A DNA stretch of 64,000 nt. Source: an uncultured Candidatus Rokubacteria bacterium (GTDB lineage: Bacteria > Methylomirabilota > Methylomirabilia > Rokubacteriales > CSP1-6). The notes below the pieces were generated by a model. That model did no database searches and was not told the origin of the DNA. It saw only the letters and a list, made by a program, of their open reading frames with translations. A program made the position numbers and the translations under genes. Shown here piece by piece: positions 1 through 9,310 of the stretch (its first letter is position 1; each line of letters starts with the position of its first letter). Where the stretch lies: NCBI GenBank assembly GCA_963789955.1, contig CAWBMV010000034.1, forward strand, positions 224,001 to 288,000, given 5' to 3'.

Positions 1-2039
1 TTCACCCCGACCGTTTTCATCACGGCCGCGCGGATCCGCCGGGCAAGATCGGGGACGCCGCTCTCGGGAGTCGTGACGGCGAAGAAAATCGCCAGCTGAT
101 CGGTGGCGCCGCCCGCCGCGCGGACCGCGCAGGCGGCCACGTACGAGACGTCGATGCCCTCGACCGTCTCGGCGACGGCCTCGATCTCGTGACTGTAGTA
201 GTTTGCGCCATTGATGATGATCACGTCCTTCTCGCGGCCCGTGATCGTCAATCGGCCGTCGTCGATTCGGCCGAGATCGCCCGTTGTGAACCAGCGGTCC
301 GCGGTGAAGACGTCGCGCGTGAGCTCGGCGTTCCGGTGGTAGCCGCCGGTCACCTGGGGTCCGGTCACTTGCAAGCGGCCGACGACACCCTCGTCGACCG
401 TGCGGTCCTGGGCGTCGACGATGCGCATGGCGAACCCGGGAATCGGGGAGCCGACGCAGACGAACGCGTCGTCGTCCGAGGACGCCCCGCGGGTGAACCG
501 GTCGGAATAGACCGCCCCCGACGACGTCTCGGACATGCCCCAGGCCGGCCGTATCGCGGTGGCCGGCAATCCATGCGGCGCGAGCAGCTCGAGAAATCGG
601 CGAGCCGTGCGCGCCACGATCGCCTCACCACCGTTGATGATGAAGCGCATAGAGGACAGATCCCATCGACGGCGGAGAATCTCCTCGGCCCGGTCGTTCA
701 CGAGGCTGAAGGCGAAATTCGGCGCCCAGGTGGCCGTCGCCCGGTACGCGGCGATCCAGTCGAGCCATCGCAGCGGCTCTTTGAGCACGAGCTCCGTCGG
801 GCCATTGATCTGCTGACTGCCGGGGTACGTCTGGCAGAAATGCAGCATGACGATCGCGCCGACGTGATCGAGCGGAAGCCAGTTCAGTGACACGTCGTCG
901 CTCGTGAAGCCGTTCATCTGACTACTGCCGGCGCAATGACCGAGCAGATTGCGGTGGCTCAGCATCACGGCCTTGGGGTTGCCGGTGCTGCCGGACGTGA
1001 GGAGCATGAGCGTGACGTCGTCGGGCTTTCCGACGTGAGCCCGGTGATCCGGAGCGTGCACGAGAAGCCGGTCCACCGCCTCCACGCGGAGCGGTTCCGT
1101 ATCGAAGATCGCGGCGACGGCGCCGATGGCCGCGACGAGGGCCGACTCCGTCAGGATCAGTGGGTGATCGAGCAGATGCCAGGCATGGTGCAGCTTCATG
1201 AGCGAGCCGTTCCGCTCGCGGTAGCTCGGAGCCACCGCAATCGGCACCGCCACGAAGCCGCCGAGCACGCATGCCCACAGCCCGACGAAGAACTCGGGTC
1301 CACGGTCGAGCTGCAAGATGACCGGGTCGCCGGGCACGAGTCCCTTGGCACGCAGGCCCGCCAGCACGCGTTCGGCGCGCTCGAGCAATTGCGGGTAGGG
1401 GAGGGCGACCGTGGACTCGTCCGGCTGGAGACAGACGAGCCCGTGTGACGGGTGGAGTCTCGCGGCGCGATGAAGCATGTCGCCGAGCACGATCGGCGCA
1501 TCAGGCTCTTCTCGCAGCGACTCGCCGCGACTGATCGCCGGTCGTGCCGTCGCCTGGTGGATGCCCGCGGCCGATGCCGGCTCGGCGATTGATTCGGTCG
1601 AGTGCGCACTCACCCCGAGCTCAGCACGCGGCGGCGGTTCGATGGCGTCCTCGATCGCGACGGCGACATCGTCGACCTCCGGGCACTGTCGCCAGCGATC
1701 CTCCCAGCGCCGCGCAACTGCCGGTTCGAGCACCGGTACCGCCTCGAGGGCGCGCTCGTCGATGTTCCCCGCGTCGGTGAGGGGGAGATAGGAAACGGGA
1801 ACGCATCGCAGCGACCTCCCGGCCGGGAGCATCTGCTGTAGCTCCGTCTGGAGGCGCTCGGGAATGACCGCCGTCGTCGTGACGACATACGCGACGAGCT
1901 CACGGGCGCCGTCGGTGCGCGACCGCCACACGACCGCGCAGTCACCGACGGAAGGGTGAGCCTGAATCGCCGCCGCCAACTGGCCGAGGTCGGGACTCGG
2001 CGGTTGCGTGAGAGCCGACGCTCGCGCGGGACGATTCAC
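1..2039 (-). CDS. NRPS-type adenylation protein (keto-acid-activating/FAAL-like A domain with N-terminal pseudo-Asub-like region), partial; runs off the left edge
   Basis: Missing from the ORF track because it has no stop in the window. Hand translation from GTG 2039 (GTGA overlap with the PPTase stop) gives the motifs LLTSGSTGNPKAV, LNWLPLDHVGAIVMLH, WAPNFAF, NGGEAI, PAWGMSETSS, WFTTGDLG and TGREKDVIIINGANYY. Confidence 0.88.
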   Translation of the reverse strand, partial: MNRPARASALTQPPSPDLGQLAAAIQAHPSVGDCAVVWRSRTDGARELVAYVVTTTAVIPERLQTELQQMLPAGRSLRCVPVSYLPLTDAGNIDERALEAVPVLEPAVARRWEDRWRQCPEVDDVAVAIEDAIEPPPRAELGVSAHSTESIAEPASAAGIHQATARPAISRGESLREEPDAPIVLGDMLHRAARLHPSHGLVCLQPDESTVALPYPQLLERAERVLAGLRAKGLVPGDPVILQLDRGPEFFVGLWACVLGGFVAVPIAVAPSYRERNGSLMKLHHAWHLLDHPLILTESALVAAIGAVAAIFDTEPLRVEAVDRLLVHAPDHRAHVGKPDDVTLMLLTSGSTGNPKAVMLSHRNLLGHCAGSSQMNGFTSDDVSLNWLPLDHVGAIVMLHFCQTYPGSQQINGPTELVLKEPLRWLDWIAAYRATATWAPNFAFSLVNDRAEEILRRRWDLSSMRFIINGGEAIVARTARRFLELLAPHGLPATAIRPAWGMSETSSGAVYSDRFTRGASSDDDAFVCVGSPIPGFAMRIVDAQDRTVDEGVVGRLQVTGPQVTGGYHRNAELTRDVFTADRWFTTGDLGRIDDGRLTITGREKDVIIINGANYYSHEIEAVAETVEGIDVSYVAACAVRAAGGATDQLAIFFAVTTPESGVPDLARRIRAAVMKTVGV

Positions 2040-2785
2040 GCCGTCCACGTCCGGCACGTCGGTGTTTGGATTTCGCCCTCGGCGACGAGCGCCGCCGCGT
2101 AGCCCATACATGTAGTGAGCGCATGGAGCGACCAGCCACAGGTGGCTCCGGGGCTGTCCCCGACCGCGACCAGCCGAGCTGGTGTCGCCGGGTCGAGCGA
2201 AACCACGAATGTATGGAGCGGGTGGCTCAGGCCGTCTCCCACGGCCTTGACGAAAGCCTCCTTCCGGGTCCAGCCGTTGAAGAACGCGCGGACGCGCTGA
2301 TCGGCGGCCAGTGACGCCAGCTCGGCGCGTTCCGCTGCCGCGAACACCTGCGCAGCGAGGCCCTGCAGATCGTCCACCTGGCGCATCAGCTCGACGTCCA
2401 CCCCCACGCGCCGATCCCAGGAGACGGCGTAGAGTGCGACGTCGCCTGAGTGCGACACGTTGAAAGCGAGCGGCTCACGAGGCCAGGCCAGCAGAGGCTT
2501 GCCCTGCGGTCCGTAGCTGAAGGCGATCCGTTCGGGCGTCACCGCGAGGTAGGCGCCCAGGATCTGGCGCAAGGTCGCCCGGCCGACGACGTACCGGACG
2601 GCATCGCGCTCGAAGACGAAGCGCGCGGCGCGTAGCCGCTCGTCCGTCGACAGGAGACCCGCGAGCTCTTCGTGTTTGTCGTCGTGAGCGAGGCGGCGGT
2701 GCCAGACATGGACCTCCGAGCGGCCCAGCGGCAATGCGTGGCGGGCTCGCCCGCTCGATGGCCCGGGAGAGACGCCCGCGGTCAT
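2036..2785 (-). CDS. Sfp-type 4'-phosphopantetheinyl transferase
   Basis: FNVSHSG, VGVDVE and FFNGWTRKEAFVKAVG motifs; translationally coupled to both neighbours. Confidence 0.93.
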   Translation of the reverse strand: MTAGVSPGPSSGRARHALPLGRSEVHVWHRRLAHDDKHEELAGLLSTDERLRAARFVFERDAVRYVVGRATLRQILGAYLAVTPERIAFSYGPQGKPLLAWPREPLAFNVSHSGDVALYAVSWDRRVGVDVELMRQVDDLQGLAAQVFAAAERAELASLAADQRVRAFFNGWTRKEAFVKAVGDGLSHPLHTFVVSLDPATPARLVAVGDSPGATCGWSLHALTTCMGYAAALVAEGEIQTPTCRTWTA

Positions 2786-3561
2786 CTCGGGCGGATCGTG
2801 CTGACAACCGGTTCTACGACATCCGCCAGGTCACGACGAATCGCGAGCAGCAACTCAGTGCGCCGATTCCGGAGGTAGAAGTGAGTGCCCGGGAACCGTT
2901 CCATCCTGAATGGGCCCGAGGTCTGTGTTCGCCATGCCGCTAACTCGGTTTCGGTCGCCTCGGCGTCGTCGAGACCGCCGTAGACCGAGACGGGGCAGTC
3001 GAGGGGGGCTTCGTCGGTATGCCGATGTCCCTCGATGAGCGCCATGTCCGCCCGCAAACAAGGGAGGAGAAGGGCCATCAGCTCGGCGTGCGCGAGAACC
3101 TCGTCGGGAACGCCGCCGTAGCGCTGGCGAACCTCGGTGACGAACTCGGCGTCCGGAAGGTGTGCGATCGGAGGGTGAGGGCTCGGTAGTTGAGGCGCGC
3201 GGTGCCCCGAGGCGAGGAGCCGCACCGGCTGGGGGCCGCCCGCACGGCGGATGCGGCGAGCGAACTCGAACGCGAGCAAGGCGCCCATGCTGTGTCCGAA
3301 CAGAGCGAAGGGGACGTCGAGGTCGGGTGCTAGCGCTTCGTACGCGGCGTCCATGAGCTGCGTGAGGTCGCTGTACGCTTGCTCCCTCAAGCGACCCTCG
3401 CGCCCGGGCGGCTGGATGGCGCAGACCTCCGCGACGGGCGTCATCTCGCGTGCCCAGGGCACGTACAGAGACCCGCCACCGCCCGCGTACGGGAAACAGA
3501 ACAGGCGAAGCCCGACGCCACGGCCGGCAACCGGCCGAAGCAGCCACGAACTATGCGGCAC
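2782..3561 (-). CDS. Type II (editing) thioesterase, GrsT/RifR-like
   Basis: LFCFPYAGG, GHSMG nucleophile elbow and C-terminal GTHFYL. Confidence 0.93.
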   Translation of the reverse strand: MPHSSWLLRPVAGRGVGLRLFCFPYAGGGGSLYVPWAREMTPVAEVCAIQPPGREGRLREQAYSDLTQLMDAAYEALAPDLDVPFALFGHSMGALLAFEFARRIRRAGGPQPVRLLASGHRAPQLPSPHPPIAHLPDAEFVTEVRQRYGGVPDEVLAHAELMALLLPCLRADMALIEGHRHTDEAPLDCPVSVYGGLDDAEATETELAAWRTQTSGPFRMERFPGTHFYLRNRRTELLLAIRRDLADVVEPVVSTIRPR

Positions 3562-3619
3562 TACTTGTTGTCCTCCCGGAGTGGAGCTGGTATCCGTCCT
3601 CAGACCGGGCTGGACGAGT

Positions 3620-3740
3620 GAAACCCCTTACGTACGGCTAAGGGAAATTTGCCGGACTAAGGCGATATTTATTAAGAATCTCCTAAGGAACCGAATAACT
3701 TCAACCGAAAAGTCACAATGTGAAAATATTGCGTTCCGGA
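3620..3740. promoter_or_regulatory. AT-rich putative promoter/regulatory region of the biosynthetic operon
   Basis: Sharp AT-rich island upstream of the TEII gene in a GC-rich context; contains the palindrome TCACAATGTGA near 3713-3723. Confidence 0.4.
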
Positions 3741-3814
3741 AGTCGGCTGACGATCCCTTCTAGCTCAGAGCCTGGCGGCGTCATCGCGTCCCAGGGCCGG
3801 GCCGCCGACCGGGG

Positions 3815-4834
3815 TCATTTCAGGAGTTCGGTCAATTGCGACAGTAGGTTTCGCCGCGCCTGCGCCTCCGCGCCGGGGCTCCACGCGACGGTCGCGCCCT
3901 TCCGCAGACAGCGCGTGATCTCGTTGGCCGGCGGCGCCGGCCCCAGGATGCTGGCTACCGTCAGCGCGCAGCCGGCGCCATTGTCGACGTCCGGGAGGTA
4001 CTGGAAGGGGAGCCCGACGTTGTCGAAGCTATGGTGGGCTCCTGGATACACCGTGATCGCGGCATCCTGACCCGAGCGTCGGAGGAGCTCCACCAGCGCC
4101 TCGCACGGAGCGGCCGGCGTCCAATCATCGAGCTCGCCGGAGTGGATTCGCAGAGGGGCCGTGATGTGCTCGCGCTCCGGATAGGCCGCATCGCAGGATG
4201 GATAGAACGCGAAGAATGCGCGAAAGGTCGGCTGGTCGGGGACCGCATACGTGTCCCGGGCCCACTCTGTCGAGGCGATCGTCGTCAGGATCCCGCCGTG
4301 TGAGAAGCCCATCAATCCGATCCGTCGGCGATCGATCCTCGGATGGGTGGCCAGGATGCGGAGCGCGCCATAGGCGTCCGGGACACGTTGAGTCGCGATC
4401 AGCGCTCTCGGGTTCGTGCACACCTCGGTCAGGCCCCGAGCACGAAAGCTGTCGAGCATCAGCGTGGCGTAGCCCCAGCTGTGGAGAACCCGAGCCCAGC
4501 TCTTCTCGGTGTTCACGATTCCACTGCAGCCATGAGCCAGGACGACCGCAGGCCAGGGCCCGGCGCCGGACGGCAACGTGAGCTCGGCCGAGAGCACGAC
4601 CGGATCGCCCGCGATCAAGCGGGAGCCGTCGGGTGCGATGAGCAGACTTCCGGGGGTGGCGAACCAAATCGTGCCCGAGTCCGTGGCCGACAAGCTCGGC
4701 TTGAGGTCGGTCAGCGCGGGCGCACAGGCCGCGCACGTCGCGCTCAGTACGGCGACGATGAACAGTCGTGTCACGAAACCATCGAGGTCGTTGCGCCCGA
4801 AGGAGTTGCGGCGTCTGAGCTGGTGTGCTGTCAT
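3815..4834 (-). CDS. Dienelactone hydrolase family protein, probably exported or a lipoprotein
   Basis: VVLAHGCSG, GFSHGG, GELDDWTP and YPGAHHSFD motifs; hydrophobic N-terminal stretch ending in CAAC. True start may be downstream. Confidence 0.85.
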   Translation of the reverse strand: MTAHQLRRRNSFGRNDLDGFVTRLFIVAVLSATCAACAPALTDLKPSLSATDSGTIWFATPGSLLIAPDGSRLIAGDPVVLSAELTLPSGAGPWPAVVLAHGCSGIVNTEKSWARVLHSWGYATLMLDSFRARGLTEVCTNPRALIATQRVPDAYGALRILATHPRIDRRRIGLMGFSHGGILTTIASTEWARDTYAVPDQPTFRAFFAFYPSCDAAYPEREHITAPLRIHSGELDDWTPAAPCEALVELLRRSGQDAAITVYPGAHHSFDNVGLPFQYLPDVDNGAGCALTVASILGPAPPANEITRCLRKGATVAWSPGAEAQARRNLLSQLTELLK

Positions 4835-4875
4835 GTGTCCCTCCGGGGCACCGAGTATAGATCGAGGGGGTCTCC

Positions 4876-5673
4876 ATGCGGCTCGCCGGCAAGGTCGCGG
4901 TCGTGACAGGCGGAGGGAGCGGCATCGGCCGTGGCATCGTGCTGGCGCTGGCGCGCGAAGGCGCCGACGTCGCCATCCCCGACATCCAGGTGCTGAACGC
5001 GGAGAAGGTCGCCGGTGAGGTCAAGGGGCTGGGCCGCAAGGCCCTCGCGATGAAGACCGACGTCACCAGCGCCGCCGACGTGAAGACGATGGTCGACCGC
5101 ACGCGCGAGTCGTTCGGCAAGATCGACATCCTCGTCAACAACGCGGGCGCCGCGGGGCCTCCGGGGATGCCGTTCACCAACAACACTGAGGAAGACTGGG
5201 ACCGCACCTTCGCCGTCAACACGAAGTCGGTCTTTCTCACGTGCAAGGCGATCACGCCCCACTTCATCGAGCGGAAGGCGGGCCGCATCGTGAACATCGC
5301 TTCGATCGCGGGCCCCATCTCGGCGCCGACGATGCCGCCTTACAGTGTCGCGAAGATGGGTGTCATCACGCTCACCCGCATCATCGCCAAGGAGCTTGCG
5401 CCGCACGGCGTGACGGTGAACGCGATCTGCCCGGGCGTGCTCTGGACCGACTTCTGGCAGAAGCTCGCCGCTCATCTCGCGGAGACGAATCCCGTCTTCA
5501 AGGGCATGACGGCGCGCCAGGTATTCGACAAGCGCGTGGCCGACATCACGCCGATGAAGCGCGAGCAGACCCCCGAGGACATCGGCTGGGCCGCGGTCTT
5601 CCTCGCCTCCGACGAAGCCCGCAACATCACCGGCCAAGCCCTCAACGTCGACGGCGGCGTGGTGATGCAGTGA
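4876..5673 (+). CDS. Short-chain dehydrogenase/reductase (SDR)
   Basis: TGGGSGIG, NNAG, YSVAK (YxxxK) and NVDGG motifs. Confidence 0.93.
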   Translation: MRLAGKVAVVTGGGSGIGRGIVLALAREGADVAIPDIQVLNAEKVAGEVKGLGRKALAMKTDVTSAADVKTMVDRTRESFGKIDILVNNAGAAGPPGMPFTNNTEEDWDRTFAVNTKSVFLTCKAITPHFIERKAGRIVNIASIAGPISAPTMPPYSVAKMGVITLTRIIAKELAPHGVTVNAICPGVLWTDFWQKLAAHLAETNPVFKGMTARQVFDKRVADITPMKREQTPEDIGWAAVFLASDEARNITGQALNVDGGVVMQ

Positions 5674-5738
5674 CGACCACGCGAACGACGAGCCGCCACG
5701 CATCTACGCAGCGGAGTCGACAACAGCCAATGCGCCGC

Positions 5739-5963
5739 CGCCAGGCGTGTACGCAGGGGAGTCGAGAGGGGGGCGGAGCCCCCTTCTCCGCCACAGAAGT
5801 GCAGTGCGCGGGCGCCAGGCGTGTACGCAGGGGAGTCGAGAGGGGGGCGGAGCCCCGCGTCGCCGCCAGGCGTGTACGCAGGGGAGTCGAGAGGGGGGCG
5901 GAGCCCGCGCGGGCGCCAGGCGTGTACGCAGGGGAGTCGAGAGGGGGGCGGAGCCCCCTTCTC
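5739..5963 (+). repeat. Four near-tandem copies of a ~43-bp unit CGCCAGGCGTGTACGCAGGGGAGTCGAGAGGGGGGCGGAGCCC
   Basis: Copies start at about 5739, 5813, 5864 and 5914, separated by ~30, ~7 and ~7 bp; degenerate partial copy at 5705-5720. Confidence 0.92.
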
Positions 5964-5966
5964 CCA

Positions 5967-7145
5967 ATGAACTTCGACTTCAGCGACCGGGAAGAAGGAT
6001 TCCGCAAGGAGGTCCGCGGCTGGCTCGAGGCCAACCTGCCGGACGACCTGCGCGGCCGTGCGTTCGCGGCCTCGCGCGCCGGCCGCGACGAGGTCAAGAA
6101 GCTTCGCGCGTGGCAGAAGCGCATGTGCGAGGCAGGCTACGTCGGGCTCGACTGGCCGCGCGAGTTCGGCGGGCGGGGCGCGACCATCGTCGACATGGTC
6201 ATCCTCTACCAGGAGATGGCGCGCGCCGAGTCGCCGCAGCTGGTCAACCGCGGCGGCGTGTCGATGCTCGGCCCGACGCTCATGAAGCACGGCACGCCGG
6301 CGCAGCAGCAGCGCCACCTGTCGAAGATCCTCACGGCCGACGAGCTCTGGTGTCAGGGCTTCTCGGAGCCGAACGCGGGCTCCGATCTGGCCAACCTCCA
6401 GACGCGCGGCGTGCGTGACGGCGATCACTTCGTCGTGAACGGCCAGAAGGTGTGGACCAGCATGGCCCACGTCGCCGACTGGTGCTTCCTGCTCGTCCGC
6501 ACCGACCCGAGCGCCGCCAAGCACAAGGGCATCAGCTTCCTGCTCGTCGACATGAAGACGCCGGGCATCACGGTGCGGCCGCTGCGCCAGATCACCGGCG
6601 AGGCCGAGTTCAACGAGGTCTTCTTCGACAACGTGCGGGTCCCCGTCGAGAACCTGGTCGGCAAGCTCAACGAGGGATGGAGCGTCGCCCTCACCACCCT
6701 GGCCTACGAGCGCGATCTGCTGACCTTCATCCGGCACATCTCGCTGAGAAACGCGCTGCACCGCCTCGTCCGCTTGGCCCAGGAACGACGGAAGGGCGAC
6801 GATCCGGTCCTCCGGCAAAAACTGGCCGCGCTCTGGATCGGCGAGCAGGCGCTCCAGCTCAACGGCTATCGGAGCCTCACCAAGATCCTGCGCGGCGGCG
6901 CGCCCGGGCCCGAGGGCTCGACCTCGAAGCTCTTCTGGAGTCAGCTCGACCAGGAGCTGGCGCACGTCGCGACCGAGGTGATCGGCCCGTACTCGCAGAT
7001 CGCCCAGGGCTCGGAGTGGGCGCCCGACGACGGCCAGTGGGAGTTCTACGAGCTCCTGGCGCGGGGGAGCGGCATCCGTGCCGGCACCTCCGAGATTCTC
7101 CGCAACATCCTCTCCGAGCGTGTGCTCGGCCTGCCGAAGGACTGA
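5967..7145 (+). CDS. Acyl-CoA dehydrogenase (FadE17/FadE34-like)
   Basis: Start MNFDFSDREE at 5967; WCQGFSEPNAGSDLA, NGQKVWTS and IRAGTSEILRN motifs. The upstream part of ORF 5241..7145 is spurious. Confidence 0.92.
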   Translation: MNFDFSDREEGFRKEVRGWLEANLPDDLRGRAFAASRAGRDEVKKLRAWQKRMCEAGYVGLDWPREFGGRGATIVDMVILYQEMARAESPQLVNRGGVSMLGPTLMKHGTPAQQQRHLSKILTADELWCQGFSEPNAGSDLANLQTRGVRDGDHFVVNGQKVWTSMAHVADWCFLLVRTDPSAAKHKGISFLLVDMKTPGITVRPLRQITGEAEFNEVFFDNVRVPVENLVGKLNEGWSVALTTLAYERDLLTFIRHISLRNALHRLVRLAQERRKGDDPVLRQKLAALWIGEQALQLNGYRSLTKILRGGAPGPEGSTSKLFWSQLDQELAHVATEVIGPYSQIAQGSEWAPDDGQWEFYELLARGSGIRAGTSEILRNILSERVLGLPKD

Positions 7146-7162
7146 CGACGTCGCCGACGGCC

Positions 7163-8491
7163 ATGAAGCCCCAAACGCGCTACGCCCGTAGCGGCGACGT
7201 CAGCATCGCCTATCAGGTCGTCGGGGACGGTCCGCGGGATCTGGTGCTGGTGGCGGGCTGGGTGACGAATATCGAGGTGCTCTGGGAGGAGCCCTCGATG
7301 GCCCGGTTCCTCGAACGGCTCGCGGGCTTCTCGCGGCTGATCCTCTTCGACAAGCGTGGCACGGGTCTGTCCGATCGGGTCGCCGACATGCCGAACCTCG
7401 AAACGCGCATGGACGACGTCAGGGCCGTGATGGACGCGGTTCAATCGAAACGCGCGGCGCTGCTCGGCTATTCCGAGGGCGGGCCGATGTGCGTCTTGTT
7501 CGCCGCGACCTATCCCGACCGGACGGCAGCCCTCGTGACCGTGGGAAGTTTCCCCCGGCGGCTCTGGGCACCGGACTATCCGTGGGGCCCGCAGCGCGAT
7601 GATCGCGCGCGATGGATCGAGACGATCAAGGACGAGTGGGGCGGGGCGATCGCGCTGGACGATCGCGCGCCGAGCGTCGCGCAGGATCCGGCATTTCGCG
7701 ATTGGTGGGCTCGTCTCTTGCGCATGGGCGCGAGCCCGACGGCCGCCGCCGCGCTCCAGCACATGAACAGCGACATCGACATCCGCCACGTTCTCCCGGC
7801 CATCCGGGTGCCCACGCTGATCATTCACAACGCGGACGACCCACTGATCGCCAGCGGGGCCGGCCGCTACATGGCCGAGCGGATCCCCGATGCCAAGTTC
7901 GTGGAGCTTCCGGGCCGTGACCATCTGCCGTGGGTCGGCAACGCCGACGCCATCCTCGACGAGGTCGAGGATTTCTTGACCGGGATGCGCCGGGGCCCGG
8001 ACCCCGATCGTATCCTCGCGACCGTGCTGTTCACCGATATCGTCGAGTCCACTCGCAAGGCGGCCGAGCTGGGCGATCATCGCTGGCGCGACGTGCTGAC
8101 CGCGTTCCAGGACCTGACCCGCGATCACGTCACGCGATTTCGCGGACGTGAGATCGACACCGCCGGCGACGGGCTTCTGGCGGCCTTCGACGGGCCGGCC
8201 CGCGCGGTGCGCGCGGCCACCGCGGTCAGCGCCGACGTCCGCCGCCTCGGACTCGAGGTCCGGGCCGGGCTGCACACGGGCGAGTGCGAGATCATGGGCA
8301 CGAAGCTGGGCGGTGTCGCCGTGCACATCGGCGCCCGCATCGCGGGGCTGGCCAAGGGAGGCGAGGTCCTGGTGTCGAGCACCGTGCGCGACCTCGTCGC
8401 TGGGTCCGGGCTCAAGTTCGCGGACCGCGGCCAGCACGCGCTCAAAGGCGTCCCGGGCGACTGACGCATTTTCGCCGTGGACATGAACTGA
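7163..8491 (+). CDS. Alpha/beta-hydrolase fused to class III adenylate/guanylate cyclase (LipJ-like); in-frame TGA at 8462-8464 near the C-terminus
   Basis: FDKRGTGLSD, GYSEGG, VLFTDIVEST, GDGLLAAF, GLHTGE motifs; the frame continues as GVPGD*RIFAVDMN* after 8464. Confidence 0.88.
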
Positions 8492-8515
8492 CTTCCAAAC
8501 GCATGAGGATCCGCC

Positions 8516-9298
8516 ATGAGTGACCTGCTCTACGAGGTGAAGGACAAGATCGCGACGATCACCTTGAATCGTCCGGACAAGCTGAACGCGTTCACCCGCG
8601 ACATGATCGACGCGTGGGCGAAATCGCTGAGCGCGGCGCAGGCCGACGACAGCGTCAACGTCATCGTGGTCACCGGCTCCGGGCGCGCGTTCTGCTCGGG
8701 CGGTGACGTGGGGCGCATGCGCGAGGGTGAGCCGACCGCGCTGGATGGCAAGAACAGCCTCTGGGAAGGCGTTCACCGCGTGCCGAAGACGCTGGAGACC
8801 GTGGACAAACCGGTCATCGCCATGGTCAACGGGCTGGCGGTCGGCGCCGGCATGGGCATGTGCGTCATGTGCGATATGCGCGTGGCCGCCGAGTCGGCGC
8901 GCTTCTCGACGGGCTACGTGCGCGTGGGCCTGGTGCCGGGCGACGGCGACACGTACTTCCTGCCGCGCCTGGTCGGCGCCGCCAAGGCGCTCGAGCTCTT
9001 ATGGACCGCGGATTTCATCGAGGCGCCGGAAGCACACCGGCTCGGCATCGTGCAGCGGGTGGTGCCGGACGCTCAGCTGAAGGACGCCACCTACGCGATG
9101 GCGCGCCAGATCGCGGACGGGCCGCAGATCCCGATCCGCATGATCAAGCGGCTCGTCTATCAGAGCCTCAAGCTGGATCTTCGGACGCACCTCGATCTGG
9201 TCTCGTCGCACATGTCGATCGTGCGCCAGACGGCCGACCACAAAGAGGGTGTGACGGCGTTCAAGGAGAAGCGGCCCCCGCGGTTCGAGGGGCGCTGA
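8516..9298 (+). CDS. Enoyl-CoA hydratase/isomerase family protein
   Basis: ITLNRPDKLNA, AFCSGGD, KPVIAMVNG and AFKEKRPPRF motifs. Confidence 0.93.
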   Translation: MSDLLYEVKDKIATITLNRPDKLNAFTRDMIDAWAKSLSAAQADDSVNVIVVTGSGRAFCSGGDVGRMREGEPTALDGKNSLWEGVHRVPKTLETVDKPVIAMVNGLAVGAGMGMCVMCDMRVAAESARFSTGYVRVGLVPGDGDTYFLPRLVGAAKALELLWTADFIEAPEAHRLGIVQRVVPDAQLKDATYAMARQIADGPQIPIRMIKRLVYQSLKLDLRTHLDLVSSHMSIVRQTADHKEGVTAFKEKRPPRFEGR

Positions 9299-9310
9299 CG
9301 GCGCCGGGCT

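Noticed and set aside
5739..5963. CRISPR array
   Set aside because: Linkers are ~30, 7 and 7 bp and partly repeated, the unit is G-run rich, and no cas genes are in the window.
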